Positions 18,542 through 30,160 of a DNA stretch of 64,000 nucleotides are shown here, in pieces. Within the stretch, counting starts at the first letter, position 1; the number at the start of each line of letters is the position of its first letter. The notes under the pieces were generated by a model that did not search any database, had not been told where the DNA came from, and saw only the letters and a list, made by a program, of their open reading frames with translations. Both the position numbers and the translations under genes were made by a program. Source of the DNA: Bryobacter sp. (GTDB lineage: Bacteria > Acidobacteriota > Terriglobia > Bryobacterales > Bryobacteraceae); NCBI GenBank assembly GCA_022843605.1, contig JALHNI010000009.1:11704-75703 (forward strand). The letters run 5' to 3'.

Positions 18542-19489
18542 ATGATGTGGAGGCTCATTTTTTGCTTGAGTGCCATCTTGCCGCTGGCCGCCGCACCGGC
18601 GGGCACACCGGTCCAGGGCACTCCATTTTTTCGATACACAGTCGACCGCGGGCAACTGACGTTTTACTTGTCCGGGCAGATAGAAGGTCGGCCGCGCCCA
18701 ATCGTGCTTTTCATTCAAGGCACCGGTTGCGGATCTCCATTCGTTCAAGAGAACGGGCGAATCCTCAGCGGTCTGCAATCTATCCTGCACGAAGTCAGTG
18801 CGGGGGCGGCCCGGATCATGGTTGTCGAAAAGCCCGGCGTCCGCTACCTGGACAACCCCGCGCAACCGGCTGACCACAGGCACTGTCGTCCGGAGTTCGT
18901 GCGGCAATATACCCTCGATAGTTGGTCCGGCGCGCTCGTTCGCGCGCTGGAAATCGTGAGAACGTTCGCCGGGGTTGACCGAACGCGCACGCTGGTGATT
19001 GGGCATTCCGAGGGAGCGATCGTCGGACTGCGCGTCTCGAACCTGGCACGAAATATTACTCACGTGGCGGCCCTCTCCGGAGGTGGGCCAACGTATCTGT
19101 TCCACATGAGCGAGTTCTTCCGAAAGAAAGGACTCGACCCAGAAAAGGAACTCTACCCATGCTGGACGGAGGTTCTGGGCGACCCTTCCAGCACGTCGCG
19201 GTTCTGTTGGGGGCAGACGTTTCGGCAATGGTCGAGTTTCATGAGAACCTCCCTCGTTGACGAGGCACTTCGCTCGCGAAGTGCCCTCTACTTTGGGCAC
19301 GGAACCCGCGATGACCAAAACCCCATCAGCGCTTTCGATGTCTTGCGTGCTGAACTCGCCGCTCGCGGACGGAAGGCGATTCTCGACAGAGTCGAGTCCG
19401 GTGATCATGGCTTTGACCTGCCCGGCCAGCAGCCGCCGGAGGGATTTCTCGGTGTTTTTAGGCGTACTCTCGCGTGGTTCGGATCTTGA
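18542..19489 (+). CDS. Secreted alpha/beta hydrolase
   Basis: Signal peptide, nucleophile elbow 'VIGHSEGA', and late 'GTRDD' and 'GDHGF' segments consistent with a Ser-Asp-His triad. Confidence 0.65.
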   Translation: MMWRLIFCLSAILPLAAAPAGTPVQGTPFFRYTVDRGQLTFYLSGQIEGRPRPIVLFIQGTGCGSPFVQENGRILSGLQSILHEVSAGAARIMVVEKPGVRYLDNPAQPADHRHCRPEFVRQYTLDSWSGALVRALEIVRTFAGVDRTRTLVIGHSEGAIVGLRVSNLARNITHVAALSGGGPTYLFHMSEFFRKKGLDPEKELYPCWTEVLGDPSSTSRFCWGQTFRQWSSFMRTSLVDEALRSRSALYFGHGTRDDQNPISAFDVLRAELAARGRKAILDRVESGDHGFDLPGQQPPEGFLGVFRRTLAWFGS

Positions 19490-19608
19490 TCCAAACGCAA
19501 CCCCCGTCCAGATCGTCGGCTATCCGGAAGTTGGCCTCGAACGGCGTGCTCAGAAGGATAAAGAACGAGTAGTCGCGATAGCGAGCTTCGACCAGAGCAG
19601 CCTGGTGT

Positions 19609-20223
19609 CTATTCGGATGGCCGCACAGGTTGTCGCAACACCGTCTTCAACTTCTCAGGCGCTACGCGTGTGGCGTCCGTCAAGTAGATCTCGTGGAACG
19701 GGTGGCTCGGCACCAGGTGCTTGGAAGGCAGATACTCCTCGTACATGCGCGCCACCATGGCGTTCTCGGAAGTAGGGGGACCCACGTGTGTGAACTGGAC
19801 GCTCCGGCCTTCATGAATTTCCTCTCTGCGCAAGCTCGACGGCCCTTGGCCGAGCGCTTTGCTGGCATTTGCGATCGCATCGGCTACGATCGTTTTGTCC
19901 ATCCAGTCCGCGAGCACGATCATCGTGCGCCATCGCCATTCTTGCTTCGGCGTGCAAGCCAGATTTGCTTCGGTATCCGTCCAATAGAGGGCCTCCAACG
20001 GAGGCTCGACGAAGTTCGCACCCAGTTGTTCCTTCGCCATCTTGCGAAGCGGCACGATCGAGGCGAAGAGCCACTTCACGGCGTGTCGATACTCCGGACC
20101 CGCAGGATCTCCGGCACCATCGATCACAAGATAGGACAGGGGTGGAACGGCCACTTCGACGAAGCGGTCCACTGGGGGGTGATAGAGCGTCTTTGTATCG
20201 TCACGAGTCAGGGTCTTTCCCAT
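19609..20223 (-). CDS. GyrI-like small-molecule-binding domain protein
   Basis: The N-terminus 'FVEVAVPPLSYLVIDGAGDPAGPEYRHAVKWLFAS' and the C-terminus 'HEIYLTDATRVAPEKLKT' are typical of the GyrI-like/SOUL family. It lies 24 nt downstream of padR. Confidence 0.7.
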   Translation of the reverse strand: MGKTLTRDDTKTLYHPPVDRFVEVAVPPLSYLVIDGAGDPAGPEYRHAVKWLFASIVPLRKMAKEQLGANFVEPPLEALYWTDTEANLACTPKQEWRWRTMIVLADWMDKTIVADAIANASKALGQGPSSLRREEIHEGRSVQFTHVGPPTSENAMVARMYEEYLPSKHLVPSHPFHEIYLTDATRVAPEKLKTVLRQPVRPSE

Positions 20224-20247
20224 AGTTTCCTTGGCATGCTTGGGGCC

Positions 20248-20793
20248 TTATCCCAGTTCTGGCCTGCGTTCCATGCAGGCGATGGTTGCTGCTACCCATT
20301 TCGCTTCCGCCGACAGTTGGCCCAGTGAATACTCGAACAGTGCATCCACATGATCCGGCAGCGGCTGACCAGAGAGGTGCAACTTCTCCAGGCGTGCTCG
20401 TTCGTCGTCAATCGCCTTCCCCCGCATTCCCAGTGCATGCAGCGCCACCGGCTGATCCAACAGCGGCCAGTGAATCATGCCGAGGAGCACGGAAGAACGT
20501 ACGGCGCGGAATTCACCCAGCGCTTTCAAGCTTTGCGCTTTCACCGCTTTCGTCCCCGGTTCCGTCAGCGAGTACCTCTTGCGCGCCTTCGCACCGGAGG
20601 TCTTCCCGGCTTTCACGAGCTTCTGGCGTTCAAGTTTGTTCAGCACGAAGTAGATCGACGAGAAGCCGATCTCGGTCCACTCGCGCATGCCACGATCGTC
20701 GATTACTTGCTCCAACTCGTAGCCATGCCGAGGCATCTCCGCGAGCAGACCAAGCACGAGTAAGTCCGCATCGGTGAGCGCCTTCGCTGGCAT
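20248..20793 (-). CDS. PadR-family transcriptional regulator
   Basis: Contains 'LLVLGLLAEMPRHGYELEQVIDDRGMREWTEIGFSSIYFVLNKLERQKLV'. Confidence 0.85.
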   Translation of the reverse strand: MPAKALTDADLLVLGLLAEMPRHGYELEQVIDDRGMREWTEIGFSSIYFVLNKLERQKLVKAGKTSGAKARKRYSLTEPGTKAVKAQSLKALGEFRAVRSSVLLGMIHWPLLDQPVALHALGMRGKAIDDERARLEKLHLSGQPLPDHVDALFEYSLGQLSAEAKWVAATIACMERRPELG

Positions 20794-20813
20794 ATTCTAG
20801 TACTAGAATATGC
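20790..20813. promoter_or_regulatory. Perfect 24-bp palindrome GCATATTCTAGTACTAGAATATGC overlapping the padR start codon (candidate autoregulatory operator)
   Basis: Read directly. The reverse complement of the right half equals the left half exactly. Confidence 0.5.
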
Positions 20814-21153
20814 TCCGTAAATTGTCAAGACCACGAAGGACTCCGGAGCTGAAAACGGAGGCAACGCCGGTTGGCCTATTCTCGCTCCGACTTGGCAAAC
20901 TCCTGGCAACTCGTCAGCCTGGTCACAGCGATGCAAAATATCGCTAACCCATGAATCCTCATCGCGTTCCGCCGCTTCTGCCGGTTCGCCCGCGCCGTTT
21001 CCTTCACCCCGTACGCTATTCTCCAATCAGGTGGCGACAAGTTGTTGAAATGGATCGGATAACCTGGAAATTGGGTTTGTTTCGTATTTGCGCTTCCGAA
21101 CGGGGAAGCCGGCGGGAATAAATCTGCGCCGGAGATCGATAGAATTAACCTAG

Positions 21154-23028
21154 ATGACCCCGCGCCTACTTTCCGCTCTCGTCCTGACAACCGCGCTGGT
21201 CTCGGCCCAGAAACTCGATCCCATCCAGTGGAAAGCGGAGGCGCCTTTGGCTGCCGCACCCGGGAGTACGGTGCTCATCAAAGTGTCGGCCACTATTGAG
21301 CCGGGCTGGCACCTGTACTCCCTCACCACGCCGCGCCCCTCCATTCCCACCACCTTCAAGCTCGCCGATAACCCCGTCTTCGCGTCCGCCGATCCCTTCC
21401 AACTGAAGCCCGAACTCAAGGTGGATCCCAACGGCGCGCAGGCTGAGCAGTATTCCGGCCAAGCCGACTTCTACCTGAAGGCGAGTCTGAAACCCGATGC
21501 CCCAATCGGGCCGGTGACGGTCGTGGTGCAGGTGCGCTATGCCGCCTGCGATGACAAGCAGTGTCTGCCTCCGAAGCGCAAGACCGCCGAGTTTACGTTG
21601 AATGTTCAAGCGGGTGCGGCCGCCTCGCCGTCCGAACCGCCTGCCGGATATACCGCCGGTGTCGGGCGTACGGAAATCCCGGCTGAGAATTCCGGTGCCG
21701 AACCGATGCCCGCGCAACCGGCCGCCCCCGAAGGGCTCGCCCAGTTTCTGCTGGTCGCTTTCGGCCTCGGCCTTGCCGCCGTCTTCACGCCTTGTGTCTT
21801 TCCGATGATCCCGATCACCATGTCTTTCTTCCTGAATCAGCCGCAATCCACGCGGGCGCAACAGGTGAAGCAGGCCTTCATCTTCTGCCTCGGCATCGTG
21901 GTGCTGTTTACTGGCATGGGGCTCGCGATTACGGCGGCGCTGGGTCCGTTTGGCGTGCTGCAGATCGGGTCCAATCCTTGGATCAACGGCTTTATCGGCC
22001 TGATCTTCCTGGCCTTGGGGCTCAGTTTGCTGGGCGCCTTCGAGATCACGTTGCCGAGCGGATTGCTCACCAAGTTGAATGCGGCGAGTTCCGGCGGCGG
22101 CACCCTGAGCACGCTGCTGATGGGGTTAACTTTCTCGCTCACCTCCTTCGCCTGTGTCGGCCCCTTCGTGGGCACCCTGCTCGCCGCCAGCGTGGGCGGC
22201 GACAAACTCCAACCCGCGCTCGGGATGGCCAGCTTTGCCAGCGGACTCGCTTCGCCCTTTTTCTTCCTGGCCCTCTTCCCCAGCGTGATGGCCAAGATGC
22301 CGCGCGCGGGTGGCTGGATGGTGCGCATCAAAGTCGTCTTTGGCTTCGTTGTGCTGGCCCTGATGTTCAAGTATCTGTCGATCATCGACGCGGTGATGCG
22401 TCTGGACATCTTGTCTCGTGAGCGTTTCCTCGCCGCCTGGTTTGTGCTTTTTGCGCTGCCCGGCCTTTATCTGCTGGGTTTCCTGAAGATGGAGGGGATC
22501 AAACCGGATGAGGAAGTCACGGTACCTCGCCTGATTCCGGGTGTCGCCTTTTTGATCTTCAGCTTCAGCCTGCTTCCCGGTATGTTTGGGGGCAATCTGG
22601 GCGAACTGGAGGCCTATATTCCGCTGGCGAAAGAGACGGCCGGGAGCGGATCGTCTTCCACTGGCGGTCTGGTATGGATGAAGAACGACCTTGCAGGGGC
22701 GCTGGCGAAAGCGAAGGCGGAGAATAAGGCCGTCTTCGTCAACTTCACCGGCTACGCCTGCACCAACTGCCATTGGATGAAGGCCAACATGTTCACCCGC
22801 CCGGAGGTCAATGCCGCCATGCGCGACATGGTTCTGGTGGAACTCTACACTGACGGCACCACGCCGGAGGATGAGGCCAACCAGAAGCTGCAGGAATCCA
22901 AGTTTAAGACGGTGGCGATTCCCTATTACCTGATCATGAACGCCGAAGAGAAGATACTGGCGTCGTATCCCGGGCTCACGAAGGATCCGGCGGTGTGGCT
23001 GAAGTTTTTGGCGGCCGGCAAGATTTAG
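21154..23028 (+). CDS. dsbD: Thiol:disulfide interchange protein DsbD/ScsB-like (N-terminal periplasmic domain, CcdA-type membrane core, C-terminal thioredoxin domain)
   Basis: Signal peptide, 'YAACDDKQCLPP', membrane-core 'FTPCVFPMIPIT', and a C-terminal CxxC 'GYACTNCHWM'. Confidence 0.85.
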   Translation: MTPRLLSALVLTTALVSAQKLDPIQWKAEAPLAAAPGSTVLIKVSATIEPGWHLYSLTTPRPSIPTTFKLADNPVFASADPFQLKPELKVDPNGAQAEQYSGQADFYLKASLKPDAPIGPVTVVVQVRYAACDDKQCLPPKRKTAEFTLNVQAGAAASPSEPPAGYTAGVGRTEIPAENSGAEPMPAQPAAPEGLAQFLLVAFGLGLAAVFTPCVFPMIPITMSFFLNQPQSTRAQQVKQAFIFCLGIVVLFTGMGLAITAALGPFGVLQIGSNPWINGFIGLIFLALGLSLLGAFEITLPSGLLTKLNAASSGGGTLSTLLMGLTFSLTSFACVGPFVGTLLAASVGGDKLQPALGMASFASGLASPFFFLALFPSVMAKMPRAGGWMVRIKVVFGFVVLALMFKYLSIIDAVMRLDILSRERFLAAWFVLFALPGLYLLGFLKMEGIKPDEEVTVPRLIPGVAFLIFSFSLLPGMFGGNLGELEAYIPLAKETAGSGSSSTGGLVWMKNDLAGALAKAKAENKAVFVNFTGYACTNCHWMKANMFTRPEVNAAMRDMVLVELYTDGTTPEDEANQKLQESKFKTVAIPYYLIMNAEEKILASYPGLTKDPAVWLKFLAAGKI

Positions 23029-23041
23029 GTTCGGAGTATCT

Positions 23042-23803
23042 CTACTGTCGCGGAGAAAGGTGTTTCCAGAAGCGTTCGGGACTCTCCAGAATCCCTCGCG
23101 TTACCTGGTAGTGCGAGGTATCGCGCAGGCTGACGATGCCTAGCTTGGGATCATCGAACGAGACGATCCTCGCCTCGGGATAGGTCAGCAGAATGGGCGA
23201 ATGCGTGGCGATGATGAACTGAGCATCACCGGCCGCGACGCGATCGCTGATCGCCGCCAGCAGCACCAGTTGCCGTTGCGGCGAAAGGGCTGACTCGGGT
23301 TCGTCTAAGAGATACAGCCCCTTGCCGATGCGGTTTTGCAGGACTTCCAGGAAGGATTCGCCGTGCGAACGGGTGTGCAGCGACCGCCCGCCGTAGATTC
23401 GGTAAGGATCTCCCCAGAAATCCGGATCGGCCGCCCTCGCTTCCAGCAGCGAGGCGAAGTGAGCGTGGAACTCGGCACGGAAAAAGTAGCCGTCCTTAGG
23501 CTTCCGCCGGAAGGTGGGCCGCAAAACCCGGCTGAGTTCGCTTTCGCGTTCAGGGCCGTGCTGGTCAGCGTTTTCGTTCTTGCTGCCGCCGGAGACCGGC
23601 AATTGGCTCAGCGCGGCGATGGCTTCGAGCAGCGTTGACTTGCCGGAACCGTTTTCGCCGACAAAGAACGTCACGGCGCTCGTGAAGGCCAGATTCAGCT
23701 TCGCCACGAACGGAAGCGAGAAGGGAAACGGTTCCCCTTTCGGGATGCGATCCGGCAGCACGCGCACCCCGCTGAGATAGGCAGATCCTCCGGCCACAAC
23801 CAA
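23042..23803 (-). CDS. Stand-alone AAA/ABC-like ATPase
   Basis: Walker A 'GENGSGKSTLLEAIA', Walker B/D-loop 'LYLLDEPESALSP', and H-loop 'IIATHSP'. Confidence 0.75.
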   Translation of the reverse strand: MVVAGGSAYLSGVRVLPDRIPKGEPFPFSLPFVAKLNLAFTSAVTFFVGENGSGKSTLLEAIAALSQLPVSGGSKNENADQHGPERESELSRVLRPTFRRKPKDGYFFRAEFHAHFASLLEARAADPDFWGDPYRIYGGRSLHTRSHGESFLEVLQNRIGKGLYLLDEPESALSPQRQLVLLAAISDRVAAGDAQFIIATHSPILLTYPEARIVSFDDPKLGIVSLRDTSHYQVTRGILESPERFWKHLSPRQ

Positions 23804-23859
23804 TTGTACGTGCCGTCTGGCGGAGTGGCGGACCGGCGAGCCGCTAAACTGGAAGCTAC

Positions 23860-24387
23860 ATGGCGAGGACTCTCGATGTCGGTTGCGGCATCAACAAATA
23901 CCCGGGGTCGATTGGGATCGACGTCAACCCCCGGACGAAGGCCGACGTCGTCTGCAACCTCGACCATTTCCCTTACCCTTTCCGCGATGGCACGTTCAGC
24001 GAGATCCGGGCGATCCACGTCATCGAACACGTGGGGGATGTCATCCGGATGCTGGAAGAGTTCTATCGGCTGCTGGAGCCGGGCGGCAAGGTCATCATCG
24101 CCACGCCGCACTACACCGACTTCAGCTCGTTCTGTGACCCCACCCACCGCTGGCACCTGAATAGCTACAGCCTGCGCTACTTTGGCGAGCGCAATGCCGG
24201 TTACGGCTACTATTCGGGAGCCCGTTTCAACGAGCAACGCGTCTACGTGAAGCTGCTGGCGCTGTGGCGCTATCTGGGTTTCGAGTTCCTGGTGAACCAC
24301 TTCGAGCGCTTTCGGCGCTTCTGGGAGTATTACCTCTGCTACGTCATTCGGGGCAAGGTGATCGAGTGGGAATTGAGGCGGGTTTAG
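23860..24387 (+). CDS. Class I SAM-dependent methyltransferase (Methyltransf_11-like)
   Basis: Motif I 'LDVGCG', then 'IHVIEHVGD...LEEFYRLLEPGGKVII'. Confidence 0.75.
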   Translation: MARTLDVGCGINKYPGSIGIDVNPRTKADVVCNLDHFPYPFRDGTFSEIRAIHVIEHVGDVIRMLEEFYRLLEPGGKVIIATPHYTDFSSFCDPTHRWHLNSYSLRYFGERNAGYGYYSGARFNEQRVYVKLLALWRYLGFEFLVNHFERFRRFWEYYLCYVIRGKVIEWELRRV

Positions 24388-26151
24388 GTGGACTTTAAGG
24401 ACCAACTGAAGGCTTCGGTCAGCATCGTTCGCGTGGTGGGCGACTACGTGAAGCTACGCCGCGCCTCCCCGGGCCGCTACGCCGGACTGTGCCCCTTTCA
24501 TACGGAAAAGACAGGTTCGTTTTCCGTCAGCGAGGACAAGGGCTTCTACTACTGCTTCGGCTGTAAGGCGTCGGGCGATGTCTTCAAGTTCGTCCAGGAG
24601 ATCGAAGGCGTCACGTTTTTCGAGGCGATGAAGCTGCTGGCGGAACGGCACGGCATCGCGATGCCCAAACGACGGGACCTGACTGACGAATCCACCGAAC
24701 TGCGGACCGCCCTGCAGCAGATGCACGATCTGGCGGGGCAGCACTTCCAGCAGCAACTGGCGAGTCCGGCGGCCGAAGCTGCGCGCGAATACCTGCGCAA
24801 GCGCGGACTCAGCAAACGGGCGGTGGAGGAGTTCGCGATCGGCTACGCCGATGCCGGCGGCGCCACGCTGCTCAAGAAGTTGCAAGCTGCCGGTTTTGCG
24901 ATTGACCAGATCGAGGTGAGCGGACTCATCCGGAAGCGTGAAGCCGGCGGCCACTACGACTACTTCCGCCACCGCCTGATGTTCCCGATTCACAACGAGT
25001 CGGGCAAACTGATTGCTTTTGGCGGCCGCGCCATCGGAGACGACGAGCCCAAGTATCTGAACTCACCCGAGACCAAGCTTTATTCCAAAAAGCAGGTGCT
25101 CTACAACCTGCACCGGGCGAAGCAGGCCGCCCGCAAGAGCGACTTCACGGTGGTGGTGGAGGGCTACATGGACGTGATCGGCGTCACGATGGCCGGCGTG
25201 GGCAATGTGGTGGCGCCCTGCGGCACCGCTTTGGGCAATGAACAGATTAAGGTGATTCGCCGCCATTCCGATAAGGTGGTGGTGAATTTCGATCCGGACA
25301 ATGCGGGTGCGACGGCGACCGAGAAGTCGATTCAGGTGCTGCTGGACGAGGAGATGCATGTGCGGGTGCTGGCCCTGGAAGGCGGCCTGGATCCGGACGA
25401 GTATGTAAAGGCCAATGGCGCCGAACTCTATCGCAAGCGCTTGGAGGAGGCGCCACGCTATTTTTTCTGGCTAGCTGACCGCGCACGAACCAAGTTTGAC
25501 GACGGCACGGCGGAGGGCCGGATGGAGGGCTTCCGCGAGATTTTGGAGCCCGCGATCAACCGGATTCCGAATCGGCTGGAGCGGCTGGCCGTGGCCAATG
25601 AGATTGCCGCCTACCTGGGCGTCGATGGCGCGACGATCCGGGAGCGTTTCCGCAAGGAAGAGTCAGTGAAGCGGACGGAAAAGCCCCGTCCGAATCCGCT
25701 GGCGATGATTTCGGACTCGGAACGAACTCTGCTGAAGGGAATTTTTGACGATGCGGCGTTGCGGGCCGTGGTGCTGGAGTGGCTCAAGGCGCATCCGGTG
25801 CTGGAATCGCTCCCCACCCGTGGCCTGTTTCGGGCCATGATTGCGCTTAATGAAGGAGGCGGCACGTGGGGCTTTAGTGAAATGGAAGCCCGGCTCGCGG
25901 AAAACGATCGCGCCCTACTGGCCGCCTTGATTCTCGCCGATAAGGCTTCTGAACGCGAAAATGAAGGCTTTACGGCAGAGCAGGCGACAGCTTGCTTGGC
26001 CGCGCTGGATCAGGTGTGGCGCAAGCAGGAGATTGTCCGGCTCGACACCCAGATTAAGCAGGCAGAACGAGAGCGCGACCTGACCTTAGCCATGCAACTG
26101 ATGCAACAAAGAAAAACACTCGAACGCGGCCGATGGGGAGCCAGCTCATGA
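24388..26151 (+). CDS. dnaG: DNA primase
   Basis: GTG start immediately after the methyltransferase TAG stop. Zinc ribbon 'CPFHTEKTGSFSVSEDKGFYYCFGCKASGD' and Toprim 'VVVEGYMDVI'. Confidence 0.95.
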   Translation: MDFKDQLKASVSIVRVVGDYVKLRRASPGRYAGLCPFHTEKTGSFSVSEDKGFYYCFGCKASGDVFKFVQEIEGVTFFEAMKLLAERHGIAMPKRRDLTDESTELRTALQQMHDLAGQHFQQQLASPAAEAAREYLRKRGLSKRAVEEFAIGYADAGGATLLKKLQAAGFAIDQIEVSGLIRKREAGGHYDYFRHRLMFPIHNESGKLIAFGGRAIGDDEPKYLNSPETKLYSKKQVLYNLHRAKQAARKSDFTVVVEGYMDVIGVTMAGVGNVVAPCGTALGNEQIKVIRRHSDKVVVNFDPDNAGATATEKSIQVLLDEEMHVRVLALEGGLDPDEYVKANGAELYRKRLEEAPRYFFWLADRARTKFDDGTAEGRMEGFREILEPAINRIPNRLERLAVANEIAAYLGVDGATIRERFRKEESVKRTEKPRPNPLAMISDSERTLLKGIFDDAALRAVVLEWLKAHPVLESLPTRGLFRAMIALNEGGGTWGFSEMEARLAENDRALLAALILADKASERENEGFTAEQATACLAALDQVWRKQEIVRLDTQIKQAERERDLTLAMQLMQQRKTLERGRWGASS

Positions 26152-26229
26152 TCCTGCGCGGCTGTTGTATTCTAAGGGAAATCGGAGAACATTCCGGTGG
26201 TCTCGACCGAATTTTGAATTGGGGCTTCC

Positions 26230-27918
<1,689 letters not shown>

Positions 27919-27952
27919 GCCCGCCCGCCGTTGGTTTGTGATAAACCAAAGC

Positions 27953-30160
27953 ATGCGATTTTCGTTGGCTTTGTTTTGCGCCTCGCTTCTGTCCGGTGAA
28001 GAGCTACCGCTCGTCACGAACGTGGAATTCCAGCCGCTGGCCGCGCAAGTGACCCGCGTATTGCAGGCTCTGGAACTGGTGGGTGAACCGCTGCCCGCCT
28101 CGAGCGCGGCGGAGATTCGCAAGATCCTGGACGGCGGATCTGGCGGCGCTAAGGAAATCGCCCGTCTGCAGGAGTTGTTGGACGCCTACTGCCTGGTGGG
28201 CGTCAACATCAACCCGGAATCGCGGGTGAAGGTGCAGCAAGGCCCCGCGCAAGCCGCGCTGGTGGAACAGGGCTGGCGCGCCTTCCTCGTCAAGGTTCAC
28301 AATGAAGCCGGCGTCACCGCGGTGCTGGCGGCCGATAGTCCGAATCTGGGCCAGTTGGCGAACTCCTCCGCCAATGTGGTCGGCCGCAAATGGATGGACC
28401 TGGCGATGTTCAACAAGCAGCCGATGCGGGTGCATCTGTCGGGCCTGGAACTCGAATACAACATCCTGCAGGTCTATTCGAAGGATGCCGGCAAGCGCGA
28501 GGGCAAGCTGACCTTCGACGTGGGCCAAGGTTCGCAGGACTTAGGCTTTCGCAACGAAGTCGATATCCTGTTCACCGCCGCCCCGGCGGCGAAAGTCACC
28601 CTCCGCGTGAAGGACTCCGACGGCCGCCCGACGACGGGTTCTTTCCAGATTCGCGATGCCAAGCGGCGCGTCTATCCCTCGCAAACCAAGCGTTTGGGCG
28701 GCGATTTCTTCTTTCATCCGCAGGTCTATCGCGCCGACGGCGAGTCTGTCGCTCTTCCGCCGGGCACTTACACGATCGAGTACGGCCGCGGGCCGGAGTA
28801 CATCACCAAGACCCGGACGCTCACCATCGCGGACAACCAGCCCGTCACCCTCGATATCCAGTTGGAGCGCTGGATCGATCCATCGAAGTTGGGCTGGTTC
28901 TCCGGCGACCATCACATCCATGCCGCCGGTTGTGCCCACTACGAGCGGCCCACCGAGGGCGTCTATCCGCAAGACATGATGCGCCACGTCATGGGCGAGG
29001 ATTTAAAGGTAGGTTCGGTGCTGACCTGGGGACCCGGCTGGTATTTTCAGAAGACCTTCTTCGAGGGCAAAGAGAACAAGCTTTCCACGCCTGAGCATCG
29101 CATTCGTTATGACGTCGAAGTCTCCGGGCACCCTTCCAGCCATACCGGCCATTTAATGTTACTCGGCCTCAAGCAACAGGACTATCCCGGTACTCAGCGC
29201 ATTGAGGATTGGCCCTCCTGGGGTCTGCCGATTCTGCAGTGGGGGAAGAGCCAAGGCGCGGTGGTTGGTTATACGCACTCCGGCTGGGGGCTTCAACTCA
29301 AGGAGCCGAAGTTACCCTCGTATGAGATTCCGCCCTTCGACGGGATCGGCGCAAACGAGTACATTGTTGCCGTAACGCATGGTGCCGTCGATGTGCTGTC
29401 TACCGCCGACACGCCCTACCCCTGGGAATTAAACATCTGGTACCACGCGCTTAACCTCGGCTACCGTACGCGGATCTCTGGCGAAACTGATTTCCCCTGT
29501 ATTTACGGGGAGAAAGTCGGCTTGGGCCGCAGTTATGTCCGGCAAAAGGCGCTCGACTATGAGGACTGGGTCCGCGGCTTACGCGACGGCCGGAACTACG
29601 CCTCGGACGGCAAGAGCCATCTGATCGACTTCCGTGTGAACGGCATCGAGATGGGCACGAATGCCGACGTGAAGTTGGCAAAGCCGGGAACGGTGAAGCT
29701 GAACGCGCGCATCGCGGCGCGTCTCGATGAGACACCCAACGAGGAACTGCGAAACAAGCGCGCCGATCAGAAGCCTTACTGGGATGTTGAGCGGGCTCGC
29801 ATCGGGAAGACGCGCACGGTCCCGGTGGAAGTGATCGTCAATGGTCAGGCGGTCTTGAGGAAGGAGATCGTGGCCGATGGCCAGTTGCGGGACGAGAGTT
29901 TCGACGTGCAGATTGACCGTTCGGCCTGGGTCGCTGTACGCATCCTTCCGTCATCGCACACCAATCCGGTGTGGGTGACCGTGGGCGATCAGCCGATCCG
30001 TTCGCGCAAGAGCGCGGAGTGGGCCTTGAAAGCTGTTGACCAATGTTGGAGCCAGAAGGTCAATCGCGTCCGGCTGAGCGAGCAAGGCGAGATGAAGCGC
30101 GCTTACGATCACGCCCGCGCCGAATACCGGCGCCTGCTGGCTGAAGGCCAGGATTGGTAG
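27953..30160 (+). CDS. Secreted CehA/McbA-type (PHP-like) metallohydrolase with N-terminal beta-rich domains
   Basis: Signal-like 'MRFSLALFCASLL' and the metal-binding hallmark 'GWFSGDHHIHAAGCAHY'. Start moved from 27596 to ATG 27953 because the tracked extension overlaps rpoD. Confidence 0.6.
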   Translation: MRFSLALFCASLLSGEELPLVTNVEFQPLAAQVTRVLQALELVGEPLPASSAAEIRKILDGGSGGAKEIARLQELLDAYCLVGVNINPESRVKVQQGPAQAALVEQGWRAFLVKVHNEAGVTAVLAADSPNLGQLANSSANVVGRKWMDLAMFNKQPMRVHLSGLELEYNILQVYSKDAGKREGKLTFDVGQGSQDLGFRNEVDILFTAAPAAKVTLRVKDSDGRPTTGSFQIRDAKRRVYPSQTKRLGGDFFFHPQVYRADGESVALPPGTYTIEYGRGPEYITKTRTLTIADNQPVTLDIQLERWIDPSKLGWFSGDHHIHAAGCAHYERPTEGVYPQDMMRHVMGEDLKVGSVLTWGPGWYFQKTFFEGKENKLSTPEHRIRYDVEVSGHPSSHTGHLMLLGLKQQDYPGTQRIEDWPSWGLPILQWGKSQGAVVGYTHSGWGLQLKEPKLPSYEIPPFDGIGANEYIVAVTHGAVDVLSTADTPYPWELNIWYHALNLGYRTRISGETDFPCIYGEKVGLGRSYVRQKALDYEDWVRGLRDGRNYASDGKSHLIDFRVNGIEMGTNADVKLAKPGTVKLNARIAARLDETPNEELRNKRADQKPYWDVERARIGKTRTVPVEVIVNGQAVLRKEIVADGQLRDESFDVQIDRSAWVAVRILPSSHTNPVWVTVGDQPIRSRKSAEWALKAVDQCWSQKVNRVRLSEQGEMKRAYDHARAEYRRLLAEGQDW

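Noticed and set aside
18283-18639. Minus-strand ORF whose C-terminus ('LALGW...~40 aa...THNGTDFA') loosely recalls the spacing of an rve integrase core (GW ... DNGxEF)
   Set aside because: Only two short, imperfect motifs are present, there is no DDE context or inverted repeats, and the ORF overlaps the start of the alpha/beta-hydrolase gene. This is too weak to call an IS remnant, though a frameshift-aware search could revisit it.
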